Shown: one piece after another, positions 11,801-23,651 of the stretch
Position numbering within the stretch: position 1 is the first letter of the stretch
Layout: the number at the start of each line of letters is the position of its first letter
Origin: Squalus acanthias
Lineage: Eukaryota
Length of the DNA: 64,000 nucleotides
Assembly: GCA_030390025.1 (NCBI GenBank)
Contig: CM059437.1
Location: forward strand, 53,196,001 to 53,260,000
Direction: 5' to 3'
Position numbers and translations under genes: made by a program
The notes under the pieces: model-generated
The model's input: the letters and a program-made list of their open reading frames with translations, nothing else
What the model was told of the DNA's origin: nothing
The model's database searches: none

Positions 11801-12172
11801 CAGGAATCCCGGAACCCTTAACCTCACGGCTAAGATCATGATAGAGTAGAAATCGAGGAGCATTCCCGGGTTTCTGCTGGTACCATCCTACGTCACTGTT
11901 TCCCAAATTACCCCCAGACACGCTGCAGCTTATTTTCACCGTTCCTTGCGGCGCGATGGATAACGATTGCGGTTGAGTTAATGTAATCAGCGCGTTTGAA
12001 CCTATAAAAAGATGGAGCAATATTAGAGGGTGGGCTTCATATGATTCATATCGTCACTTTATATCGCTACACAACAAAAGATTATTCACAATGAATCCAA
12101 CGAAAAGCTTGCTGAATACTTACAGACTGCGCAAATTATCAGCGTTGTGATGACACGCACCCACTCGGACAT
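8474..12172 (-). CDS. Immunoglobulin light chain gene, cluster 1 (lambda-like, germline-joined VJ). Exons: leader 12124-12172, VJ 11660-12001, C 8474-8802
   Basis: Spliced frame is open: [16 protein letters not shown]|[12 protein letters not shown]...C...W...[19 protein letters not shown]|TRESSSPSV...SGCE*. Phase-1 GT-AG introns (T|GTAAGT, tttttatag|GT, A|GTAAGT, ttacag|CC). Canonical V Cys/Trp/Cys, J FGGGT motif, C1-set domain with penultimate Cys. Confidence 0.96.
8872..9768 (-). mobile_element. L2-like LINE fragments in the J-C intron, cluster 1 only
   Basis: [11 protein letters not shown]...[13 protein letters not shown] and [13 protein letters not shown] fragments; absent at about 48418. 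Confidence 0.82.
9772..10225 (+). mobile_element. tRNA-derived DeuSINE-like SINE in the J-C intron (paralogue 48421-48870)
   Basis: A/B-box-like head, GATGAGACG...AAAGATCCCATGGCA core, L2-like tail GGCGCTATATAAATGCAAG. Confidence 0.78.
11660..12001 (-). CDS. IgL cluster 1 germline-joined VJ exon (342 nt), CDR3 GWSING
   Basis: V runs in frame into [10 protein letters not shown] with no heptamer/nonamer between them; splice sites at both ends. Confidence 0.96.
12124..12172 (-). CDS. IgL cluster 1 leader exon (49 nt)
   Basis: ATG at 12172, hydrophobic [16 protein letters not shown], donor GTAAGT; same peptide in cluster 2. Confidence 0.92.
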
Positions 12173-12278
12173 CGTGAATTCAGTTAGACTCAGAAACCTC
12201 GGCAGTTTGCAGGCAGAAGGTTTTAATGTTTACCAGGCTCGCCTTGTCTTATCAATGTTATGAATGAGGGCGTATTAC

Positions 12279-12356
12279 CACGTGTTCCTTAATTATGCAA
12301 ATGACCGTGACGTTACGAATCCCAATTGAGCATCTGTGATCGGGCCTCCACGTCAC
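12279..12356 (-). promoter_or_regulatory. IgL cluster 1 promoter: octamer/decamer TCATTTGCAT (12295-12304), E-box CACGTG (12279-12284), CRE-like TGACGT motifs (12308, ~12350)
   Basis: Octamer in light-chain orientation about 125 bp upstream of the ATG; all motifs conserved in cluster 2. Confidence 0.85.
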
Positions 12357-13009
12357 AAGACTTCCAAACAGGAGAAGGGGACATTGGAAAACAGAACCGA
12401 ACTATAGTTTGATGTTGCACATCACGCGTAGGACTTATTGATAAGTTCAGTAACGTGTTGAAATTTATAATTGTGCAAACAGCATAAAGAAGTCATTATT
12501 TTTGACAAATTCACTAAGGTATATATTTTAATCTTTCCTTTTACGCGTGTCAGAAGTAAGCATTAGGATGCAACTTTAATCGATATTTGCGCCCCTGTAA
12601 AGGCAGTGCTGTTCTAACTGTGCAATGTATAACTACAATCTTCATACACTTAGGGATCGTTCCATAGAAATTCAGCTACAACTCTACAAAGTATAGCTTG
12701 ATGATATATATTCTTTAAAATTAATTAACTTCTTATGAATAACTCAAAGATGTTAGCACACTGCGGTTTATTTGAGCCTTCTCTACCAGGTGCACTTACG
12801 CGAGAATATCTTAAAGTGAAAGCTTTAACCGAATTTATACCACATATTAATAACTGTTTTCTTAAATACAAACATCAGATAATTTAGCAGGAAAGAAATA
12901 TAATTTGACACTGACGTTATTTTTCTTTTAAATATTCTAATAATTGGCTTATTTTTGAGATTGTTATATTTTGTGCGATTTGAAATTACATCGAAATGAA
13001 ATCATTCGT

Positions 13010-13765
13010 ATTAGGATGGAGAAATGGGCAGATACATGGTAGATTACATTTAACGCAACCAAGTGTGAAGTTATTCATTTATGTAGGAAGAATAAGGAGA
13101 CGCAATAGAAACTAAATGGTACAAATTTAAAGCGGGTGCAGGAACAGAGAGAGCTGGGGATGTATTTATACAAGTCTTTGAAGGTGGCGGGACAAGTTGA
13201 AAAGGCTATTAAAAAGGCATACGGGATTATTGGCTTCAGAAATAGAGGCATAGAGTACAAAATCAAGGGAGTATAAAACACTGGTTAGACCCCAGCTGGA
13301 ATATTGTGGCCAATTCTGGGCACCACACTTTAGGAAAAATGTCAAGGCCTTAGAGTAGGTGCAGTGGAGGCTTAATAGAATGGCGCCAGGGATGAAAGAC
13401 TTCAATTACGTGGAGTGACTTGAGAAACCGGTGTTGTTCTCCTTAGAGCAGAGAAGGTTAAGCGGGATTTGATAGAAGTGTTCAAAATCATGAAGGGTTT
13501 TTATACAGTAATTAAGGAGAAACTGTTTCCAGTGGCAGAAGGGTCGGTAACCAGAGGACTCAAATTTAAAGTAATTGGCAAAAGAACTAGAGGTGACATG
13601 AGAAAGAAAAATCACGTAGCAAACTGTTATAATCTGGAATGCACTGCCTGAAAGGGTGGTGGAAGCAGATTCAATAGTAACTTTCAAGATGGAATTGGAC
13701 AAAAACTTGAAGTGGGGAAATGTGCAGGGCTATGGCCTCCTTCTTTGCTGTATCATTCTGTATCC
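13010..13765 (+). mobile_element. Old CR1 3' fragment upstream of the promoter (paralogue about 52370-53110)
   Basis: Degenerate RT C-terminus in both copies. Confidence 0.85.
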
Positions 13766-16106
13766 GTCTAAAAGCACTGGTTTCTTTACATAACGGCTTC
13801 ATTCAACTCATTCGAGTCCCCTGGTTACAAAATTTGTCACACAAGTATCTTTGCCTTTATTGGTTGATTCACCTTAAAGCGGAAGGTTCCATGCCAATCA
13901 ACCGGCTGAAAGCAAAAAAAAAGCAATATTCAGTTCACACTGCCGTTTCTTCTTATTAGCACCTGTTCACATCTTTACAGTTTATTTAAATATACATATC
14001 ACAAATATATCTGAATCTGCAGAGAATTGCACATTGAAAATGCAGATCTGAGGTATACGTTTGTTGCAGCAGGATTAAAAAATAATTATAATAATGTACA
14101 CATCCTGCGAATATTTCCCAGATTTAGACCCTATGGTATTTTGCTTGTACGTCATTTGTTATACCAGAAATGTAACCTCACACAGACCAGCTTTATACAA
14201 AAAGTATCAGCAGCTACAACTATGTCCACCGACCATTAATAAAGCAGTACCTCGCATGGGTATTCTCCATTCCAAACTTTATGTGAGGCATGAGAGGTTC
14301 ATAGGTCTTTCTTTATCAACTGTCAATTATCCTATGAACACCTGAAACTACAGTTACCATTGCCGTTCGGTTCACAATTGGATGAGGATGAATTAGACAT
14401 TCGCTTTTACCTTTAATTTAGCATAAATTGGGTAACTAATCAATATGGGTAGTACGTTTCAGGATTTCCTTTCAGCCAATTTTACACAGAAAGAATTCAA
14501 TATCTAAAGCAAAGTGTAGCCATACAAGTTTAAAAAAAGAGAGGGATGGTAATCGATATGGTACTATGTAGTCTTTAAGATTGCATTCCCCAAACATCAT
14601 AGACAACAAACAATTATTTCGCCTATATCTGCAATCAATACAAACCTCACACCCATTGTGTTGGGAAATCCCGGTCCAGGGTGCCTAAAAGCGGTTGTCT
14701 GATCTTTCCCTTCCATCTGTTAACTTCGATTTAGATAACACAGAAACAGATACCGATAATCAAATTCTTTAACCGAAAGTTGTGATGGAAAACCTTCACC
14801 TGGCACAAAAGGTTGAAATGCAGGAAGACAGGTAGAAGTCATTTTGCTTAAGTCAAGCAGAATTGCCCACGCATGTATTATAACATGAAGAAATGTTGTG
14901 CTGATTAAATCAAGTGAGACTGATCCTCACTGTTACACTGTATGTTCGCTTTTTATCAAATAAAATAGTATATGAATTTGTTTCTGCTATCATTTTTTTT
15001 CTTCGTTCTCTGGATATAGCCATTGCTGGCAAGGCTAGCATTTATTGCCAAACAACAACAACAACTTGCAATTATATAGCACCTTTAAAGTAGTAAAACG
15101 TCAAAAGACGCTTCACAATAGCTTTATCAAGATTTGACACCTAGCCACATAAGGAGAAATTAGGACAACTGACCAAAACCTTGGTCAAAGAGGTAGGTTT
15201 TAAAGGAGCAGAGAGAGGTATGGAGGGGGAGAAGTTTCGGGAGGGATTTCCAGTGCTTCGGGCCTAGGCAGCAAAAGGCACGGCCGCCAATAGTAGAGCG
15301 ATTACAATCTAGAGGAGGAGCAAGAGGCCAGAATTTAATGAAGGGAATTCCAGAACTTAGAGCCTAGGGATCTGGAGGTATGGCTGGCAGTGGTGGGGCG
15401 ATGGAAATCGTGGATGCGCAAGAGGCCAGAATTGGGGAATGCAGAGATCTCGGATGATTGTCGGGCTGGAGGAGGTTACAGAGATGGGGAGGGTCGAGGC
15501 CATGGAGGGATTTGGAAACAAGAATCAGAAATTAAAATAGAGGCGTTGTCACACCGGGAGCCAATGTAAGTCAGCAAGCACAAAGGTAATGCGTGAATGG
15601 GACTTTGTGCAAGTTAGGATATGAGCAGCAGAGTTTCGGAGGAGCTCAAGTATATGGATGGTGGAAGAAGGGAGGCCAACCAGAAGAGCATTGGAATAGT
15701 CAAGTAGAGTGGTAACAAAGGCAAGGATGACAGTTTAGCAGCAGAAGAACTAAGGTGAGGTGGAGCCAGGCAATGTTACGGAGGTGGAAGTAGGCGGTTT
15801 TGGTGATGGAGTGGATATGTGGTCATCTCACGGTCAACTGATACACCAAGGATGCGAATGCTCTGGTTTAACCTCAGGCAGTTGCCAGGGAGAGTGCTGG
15901 AGTCGGTGGCTAGGGAATGGAGTTTGTGGCGGGGATCGAAGACAATCTTTTTGAGTCTTCCCAATTTTTAGTTGGAGGAAATTTCTGTTCCTCCACTACT
16001 AGATGTCGGACAAGCAGTGTGATAATTTAGAGACAGTGGAGGGGTCGAGAGAGCTGGTGGTGAGGTAGAGCTGGCTGTCATCAATGTACATGTGGAACCT
16101 GACATT

Positions 16107-16740
16107 GGCCCATATTTTCCGATGCCTACGGGTGTGTACGAGCTGTGTACACACCCTTAGAATCCTCTTGACAGATCGCACGCCTGCCCTGGAGACGGAG
16201 CTCTGCGGGTGGAGTGTTCGGCTTTCTGCAGAACCTCCGCCCGCTGAAATCCCTTAAAAAACTTACGCCTGGTAAAAGCTATTACCAGCAAAAGAGTTTA
16301 AAAAGTAAAAAAAAAAATCACGCATTTATAATATAAAAATACTTTTAAAAAAGGTAAATTTCTTTTTAGCCCGGTAAAAAACTTGAATTATTTTTTGCAA
16401 AAAATTAAATTTTTGTTTAAAATATTTAATTTAATGTAATTTTAACTCATTTTAAAAACATCATTCTTTTTTAATTTATTTATTGTTGTAGTGTCTTTTT
16501 TCAGTGATCCCCATTCATACTTTTGACAGGTCATACTATTGACTCGCCTGGCCCACGTGATTCCAGGGACGCTTGCGAACTGCCTGCGCCCCTGGGATCC
16601 CTGGGCCTTGGTGCGTGCGCACCACGAGAGGCCCAGGAGCGGAAGAGTCCAGACCTCGGGAGCCCTCAGGTAAGGGGGCAGATTTTTTTCCGATAGGAGG
16701 CATCCGCACGCAGGATGCTTCCTGTCGGAAATTACGGGCC
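16107..16740. mobile_element. Harbinger-type MITE inserted in L2
   Basis: ATT|GGCCCATATTTTCCGA ... TCGGAAATTACGGGCC|AAT; shares the CCACGTGAT.CCAGGGAC motif with the other MITEs. Confidence 0.82.
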
Positions 16741-17347
16741 AATTTTCGTATGATGTTGTGGATGAGAAATGGTAGGGAACCAAGTATAGACCTTTGGGGG
16801 ACTCCAGAGGTAACGGTGCAGGACCAGGAAAAGAAGCCATTGCAGGTGATTCTCTGGCTACGAATTGATAGATAAGAATGGAACCAGGCGAGGGCAGCTC
16901 GACGATGGAGGAGAGGCATTGGAGGAGGATGGTGTGGTCAATCATGTCAAAAACTGCAGAAAGTTCGAGAATCATGAGGAGGGATAGGTTAACATGATCA
17001 CAATCATATAGGCAGTAATTTATGACTTTCATAAGGTTCTGTTTCAGTACGGTGGCGGGGCGGAACCCTGATTGGAGGGATTCAAACATACATAATCGGG
17101 AAAGATGGGCACAGATTTGCGAGGTAAAGAGAGAGATTGGAGATGGGGTGGTAGTTTGGAAGGACAGAGGGATCCAGGGTGAGGTTTTTTTCAGGTGAGG
17201 GGAGTTGACAGCAGATTTGAAGGGGGGAGGACAGTAGCTGAGGAGAGGAAACCTTTAACAATATTTAGCCAATATGGGGGCCAGAAAGGGAAGTTTGATA
17301 GGAATAGAGCCAGGGAGCAGGAGGTGAGTCTCATGAAATACGATAGG

Positions 17348-20030
17348 GCATAGAATTGAATGGTTACAGCACAGAAGGAGGCCATTCGGTCCGTCGAGCC
17401 CATGCCAGCTCTCTACAAGAGCACTTTAGCTAGTCCCACTCCCCCGCCCTTTCCTCGTACCACTGCAAACTGTTTTCCTTCAGTTATTTATGCAAGTCCC
17501 TTTTGAAAGCTACGATTGAATCTGCCTCCACCACCCTCTCAGGCAGTGCATTCCAGATCATAACCATTCGCTGTGTAAAAAAGTTTTTCCTCATGTCGCT
17601 TTTGGTTCTTCTGCCAGTCACCTTGAATCTGTGTCCTCTGGTTCTTGACCCTTTCGACAATTGGAACAGTTTCTCTCTATCTACTCTGTCTAAACCACTC
17701 ATTCATTTTGAACGAAACTCCTCTCAACCTTCTCTGCTCGAGGAAGAACAACCCCAGCTTCTCCAGTCTATCCACATAACTGAAGTCCCACATCCCTGGA
17801 ACCATTCTTGTACATCTTTTCTGCATCCTCTCCAAAGCTTTCACATCCTTCTAAAGTGCGTTGCCCAGAATTGGACACAATACCCCAGTTGAGGCCGAGC
17901 CAGTGTTTTAGAAATGTTCAACATAAATTCCTTGCTTTTGTACTCTGTGACTCTATTTATGAAGCCCAGGGTCCTGTATGATTTTTAATTGCTTTCTCAA
18001 ACTGCATTGCCACCTTTAACGATTTGTGTACATATACCCGCAGGTCTCTCTGTTCATGCAGCCCCCTTAGAATTGTATCCTTCAGTTTATATTGCCTCTC
18101 CTCATTCTTCCTAACAGAATGCATCACTTTGCACTTTTCTGTGTTAAATTTCATCTGGCACGTGTCCGCACATTCCACCAACCTGTCTATGTCCTCTTGA
18201 AGTCTATCACTATGCTCCTCACTGTTCACTATAGTGCCAAGCTTTGTGTCATCTGCAAATTTTGAAATTCTGCCCTGTACACCCAATTCCAGGTCATTAA
18301 TATGTCAAGAAAAGCGGTGGTACTAGTACCGACCCCTGGGGAACACCACTGCCTACCTTCCTCCAGTCCGATAAACAACCGTTCACCACTACTCTCTGTT
18401 ACCTGTCACTTGGACAATTTTGTATCCATGCTGCCACTGTCCCTTTTATTCCATGGGCTTCAACTTTGCTGGCAAACCTATTATGTGGCACTTTATCAAA
18501 CGCCTTTTGGAAGCTCATGTACACCACATCAACCGCATTGCTCTCATCAACCTTCTGTTACCGCATCAAAAATCTCAATCAATTTAGTTAAACACGATTT
18601 GCCTTTAACAAATCTATGCTGACTTTCCTTAATTAATTCATTCTTGTCCAAGTGACTGTTAATTTTGTCCCTGATTATCGTTTCTAAAAGCTTCCCCACT
18701 ACGAGATTAAACTGACTGTAGTTGCTGGGTTTATACTTGCACCCTTTTTTGAACAAAGGTGTAACATTTGCAATTCGCCAGTCCTCTGGCACCACTCCCG
18801 TATCTAAGGAGGATTGGAAGATTATCGCCAGTACCTCCACAATTTCCATTTTTACTTCCCTCAGCATCCTTGGATGCATCCCATCCGGTCCTGGTGACTT
18901 ATCTGCTTTAAGTACAGCCAGTATTTCCAGTGCCTCCTCTTTATCAATATTTGTCCTATCCAGAATCTGAACTACCTCCTCTTTCACTATGACTTTGGCA
19001 ACACCCTATGCCTTGGTAAAGACTTATGCAAAGTACTCATTTATTACCTCAGCCATGCCCTCTGCCTCCATGTGTAGGTCTCCATTTCGTCCCTAATTGG
19101 CCCCAAACCTCCTCTTACTACCCGTTTATTATTTATTTGCCTACACAAGTCTTTTGGATTCCCTTTTATATTAGCTGCCAATCCATTCGCATACTCTCTC
19201 TTTTCCCCTGGTATTTCCTTTTTCACTTCCCCTCTGAACTTTCTATATTCAACCTGGTTCTCACTTGTATTCTCAACCTGACATTGGTCATAGCGCCCCT
19301 TTTTCTGCTTCATCATACTCTATCTCTTTCGTCATCCAGGGAGCTATGACTTTGGTTGCTCTATCTTACACCTTGTGGGAATGTACCTCGATGATACTCA
19401 AACTATCTCCGCTTTAAAGGCAGCCCTTTGTTCGATTACAGATTTGCCTGCTAATTTTTGATTCCAATTTACCCGAGCCAGATCCATTCTCAACCCTCTG
19501 AAATTTGCCGTCCTCCAATTAAGCAGTTTTACTCTAGATTGCTCCCTGTCCTTTTCCATAGCTAATCTAAACGTTATGATACTATGATCACTGCTCCCTA
19601 AATGTTCCCCTACTGACACTTGCTCCACTTGACCCACCTCATTCCCCAGAACCAGTTCCAGCAATGCCTCCTTCCGCATTGGGCCGGAAACATACTGACC
19701 AAGAAAGTGCTCCTGAACACACTTCAGAAAATCATCCCCCTCTCTGCCCTTTACACTATTACTATCCCAGTCTATATAAGGATAGTTGAAGTCTCCCATT
19801 ATCTCTACTCTATAGTTCTTACACCTCTCTGATATTTCCCTGCAAATTTGCTCCTCTATATCTTCCCACTAGTTGGCGGCCTATAGAATACACCTAGTAG
19901 TGTAACGGCACCTTTAATGTTTCTTAACTCTAACCAAATAGATTCTGTCCTTGACCCCTCCAGGATATCCGCTCTCTCCAGCACTGTAATATTCTCCTGA
20001 ATCAATACTGCCACCCCACATTCTTTCTTT
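17348..20030 (-). mobile_element. Decayed CR1 (APE plus RT)
   Basis: GDFNYP, GSSDH, KSPGPDGMHP, KFADDTK fragments; 3' tail near 17350. Confidence 0.9.
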
Positions 20031-20599
20031 AATGCGGGAGGATAGTAGAGCAACTAGCAAAATATGCGAGTTCAGGGGTAAGGCAGGGGGGAACCTAAGG
20101 GGAAGTTTGGCCAGGTGGGCTAGGGGAAGGCAGGGAAGCGGCAGAGGCATCTGAATGGATGGTCTCAATCTTAGTGACTAAGAAGTCCATGAGCTCCTCG
20201 CTCTTGTCGTTGAAGATGAGGGTGGAGGAGGCAGAGGAGTGTGGCTTCAGAAGGCACGTGGAGTGTAGGATGGAGAAATTTTTGTTGCTGCTCATAAGGA
20301 GACAGCGAAGAGTGCCTCGATGGGCTCTTCAGAGGGTGCCAAGAGGGGCGCAGAGAATACCTGTAGGCTTATCTAAAAGGGTGTCAAGCCTGGTTTGTCG
20401 GCAGGAGAGTAGCAATTTCGTGGAGTCCTGAAGGGTTGGGTAGGCATTTGGGAGGACAGATTATCCGAGAAGGGAGGAATTAAGGAAGGCACTATGACAG
20501 GAGAAAGGGGCCTAAGAGGGTTAAAGAGAAAAGAAGAAAAAAGGGGAGAAAAAAGGGGAAATATAAGTGATGGACTCGGGACAAGAGCAGCAGCCCGTC

Positions 20600-21995
20600 C
20601 ACAAAAGGCAGGACAAATCCAATCCAGCCAATTACCAGTCCAAGAGTCTACTCTAAATCATCAGCAAAATGATCGAAGGTGTCGTTGACTGTGCTACCAA
20701 GCGACACTTACTCACCAAAGACCCGCTCAACGATGCACTGTATAGTTCCGCCAAGACCACTCTGCTCCGGACCTCAGCACAGCCTTGGTCCAAACATGGG
20801 CAAAAGAGCTGACTTTCAGAGGTGAGGTTCGAATGACTGCCCTTATATCAAGGCAGCATTTGACCGACTGTGGCATCAAGGAGTCCTCGTAAAATTGAAG
20901 TCAATGGGAATCAGGGAGAATGTTCTCCACTGCCTGGAGCCATATCTAGCACAAAGGAAGATGGTTGTGGTTGTTGGAGGCCAATCATCACAGCCCCAGG
21001 AAATCGCTGCAGGAGGTCCTCAGGGCAGTGTTCTAGGCCCAACCATCATCAGCTGATTCATCAATGACCTTCCTTCCATCATAACATCACGTGGGGATGT
21101 TCACGGATGATTGCACAGTGTTCAGTTCCATTCACAACTCCTCAGATAATGAAGTAGTCCATGCCCGCATTCAACAAGACCTGGACGGCATTCAGGCTTG
21201 GGCTGATAAGTGGCAAGTAACATTCGTGCCACACAAGTGCCAGGCAATGACTATCTCCAGCAAGAGAACGTCTAACCACTGCCCCTTGACATTCAACGGC
21301 ATTACCATCGCCGAAACCCCCACCATCAATATCCTGGGGTTCACCGTTGACCAGAAACTTAACTGGACCAGTCAAATAAATACTGTAGCTACAAGAGCAG
21401 GTCAGAGGCTGGGAATTCTGCGACGAGTGTCTCACATCCTGACTCCCCAAAGCCTTTCCACAAGGCCCAATCAGGAGTGTGATGGAATACTCTCCACTTG
21501 CCTGGATGAGTGCAGCTCCAACAAGACTCAAGCAGGCTCGACACCATCCAGGACAAAGCAGCCCACTTGATTGGCACCCAATTCACCACCTTAAACATTC
21601 ACTCCCCTCTACCACCGCCGCACCATGTCTACTGTGTGTACCATTTACAAGATGCACTGCAGCAACTTGCCAAGGCTTCTTTGACAGCACCTCCAAACCC
21701 ACGACATCTACCACCTAGAAGGACAAGGGCAGAAGACGCATAGAAGCACCACGACCTCCAAGTTCTCCTCCAAGTTACACACCATCCAGAAGTGGAAGTA
21801 TATCGCCGTTCCTTCATCGTCGCTGGGTCAAAATCCTGGAACTCCCTCCCTAACAGCACTGTGGAAGTACCTTGACTGCACGGACTGCAGCGGTTCAGGA
21901 AGGCAGCTCACCACCACCTTCTCAAGGGCAATAAGCGATGGCCAATAAATGCTGGCCTTGCCAGCGACGCCCACATCGCAGGAACGAATTTAAAA
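20600..21995 (+). mobile_element. 3' half of the tRNA-headed LINE family (RT and tail)
   Basis: MFTDDCTVF...IQAWADKWQVTF; tail GCTGGCCTTGCCAGCGACGCCCACATC shared with 1135, 40665, 54350 and 57480. Confidence 0.82.
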
Positions 21996-22124
21996 AATTG
22001 AAGTCTAAAAGGAAGCAGCATCAATTAGCCTGTTTATATCGTTCGTCCATATTTAATCCCTAGAGTCAGGGTTGCTCTTTTAAGAGGGGTCAGATAACTG
22101 AATGTTGCGCTAAATATAATAAAA

Positions 22125-23410
22125 AAGAAAGTTCTTACACTTATATAGCATCTTCCACAACCCCGGAAATGTTAAAGTGCTTCACAGGCATAAAGTACTT
22201 TAGAAATGTAATCACTGTTGTATAGTAGGGAAATACTGCAGCCAAGTTGCACACAGTAAGGCCCCACTAACTGGAAGGAAATAAATAATCTCTTTTTCGT
22301 CCTGTTGGCTGAGGGATAAAGATTCACCAAGGACACCTGGAAAATCACCCTACGCTTCTTCAAGAAGTGTCCCGTGAGAGGACAGATGGGGCATTGGTTT
22401 GACCCCATCCAAAAGACTAGGGGGAGAAATTCAGTATCACCCCATTTGGGGCGCAATTATCGGCCAGGCGCAAAGATTAGCACCTGGCACTAATTATCGC
22501 CACCGGCTGCAAACTTGACTTTTATCGCCCCTGGAGGTGATTGGAGCGCTAAATCAGGCGCTACACATCTGTCTTAAGGCGCAAAGGCCGAGGAGCGATG
22601 CGCTAACTCAGAGCACTGGCGAAGCTCATATGATGTCAGTCAGCAATGGAACACACACACAACGGCACCGGCCAGTTCTTAAAGGGGATGGTTGATCTTG
22701 CTTTCCATCACATCCTGATCATTGCAGCCTTGAATCTCTGCCTGGAGTGACCTGCACATCAAATCTGCTGGAAAGAACAATGGAGAATACCAGGGAAAGA
22801 GCTTAGAGTGCAGCCCCCACAGTCTCTTCTAAATCGATACAAGGAATGGCAAATCAAAATGAACCTGCAAAGTGCTGCTCAGTACCCAAAACTCCTTCAC
22901 ACAGCGTTGAATCTCTCCAGAAGTCTCTCTCTCTCAGAATGCGTGGTTCAAAAATGGCACCAACGATAAAAGGCAGGAAGCGGTCGCCTTTAAATAGCGC
23001 TCCCCCAGTCCCTTCATGACTGCAATTCGCTCCCCTCAACCTGTCGTTGCTAGCGTCAGGTGGTAAGGCAGGGGGCGCCACTCAATATCTGCTCCGGGGC
23101 GATACCGAGGCGTTGCGCACTCGACTGACGTCACGATCTGCCGGCGCAGGAAATCGTGGTGGTAGTGTTTAGCGCCGCCGCAAAATGTCTAGTTAATTTC
23201 GCGAGCGGCGCAAACATCACCGCGCCTGGGCGCTAGAAGCTTTACGCCCCATTAGCGCCCTCATAAAGCGCTAACGGGAGGTGCAACCAACTGAATTTTT
23301 CCCCCAAAGCCTCTGACAATACAGCACTCTCTTAGTACTGCACTGAGGCGTTTGAACACACAACCTCCAGTTCAGAGCTCAGAATCCTACTACTGAACCA
23401 AGGTTGACAC
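22125..23410 (-). mobile_element. DeuSINE-like SINE split by the 22420-23305 element
   Basis: Reverse-strand match to 9772-10225 on both sides of the insertion. Confidence 0.65.
22420..23305. mobile_element. Non-autonomous DNA transposon inserted in a DeuSINE
   Basis: 16-bp TIRs GGGGGAGAAATTCAGT / ACTGAATTTTTCCCCC (1 mismatch); GC/CpG-rich subtermini; no clear TSD. Confidence 0.8.
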
Positions 23411-23651
23411 TATGGTGTAGATCTTGCCTTTGTGCAATAGTGTGAAAAGGGCAATAGCAAATCGGGTGCCAGTTTTAGGTCTCTCACGACTTTTATTTCA
23501 ATTGCAGTTAATTGAAATTAAAAAAGGAGATGCAAGACGGTCGGCCGACTCGCTGTTGCTCGAATTACCCCTGAGTCTTTATACGTTCCTCCTTGTATTA
23601 AGGCCCTCAAACAATGATTCGTGAGGTGGACACAGACAGTAAGGGCGTGAG

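Larger units (their letters stand above)
1..15049 (+). repeat. Segmental duplication, copy A (paralogue of 39529-54383)
   Basis: Colinear similarity with an offset of about 39.3-39.5 kb across transposon end, CR1s, Ig gene and upstream flank; runs off the window start. Confidence 0.95.
15050..20450 (-). mobile_element. L2-like LINE interrupted by a MITE (16107-16740) and a CR1 (17348-20030)
   Basis: (AAC)n 3' tail at 15050; fragments FHMYIDDSQLY, MFESLQSGFRP, ELMDFLVTKIETI in colinear order. Confidence 0.75.

Noticed and set aside
11652-12020. ORF-track starts MLHLFIG (V) and MQYRSLIN (C, 8845)
   Set aside because: These are intron read-through; the true exons start at splice acceptors 12001 and 8802.
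8474-12172. Processed pseudogene or T-cell receptor interpretation
   Set aside because: Introns and promoter are retained; a single C exon ending in Cys-Glu-stop with no transmembrane exon indicates a light chain.
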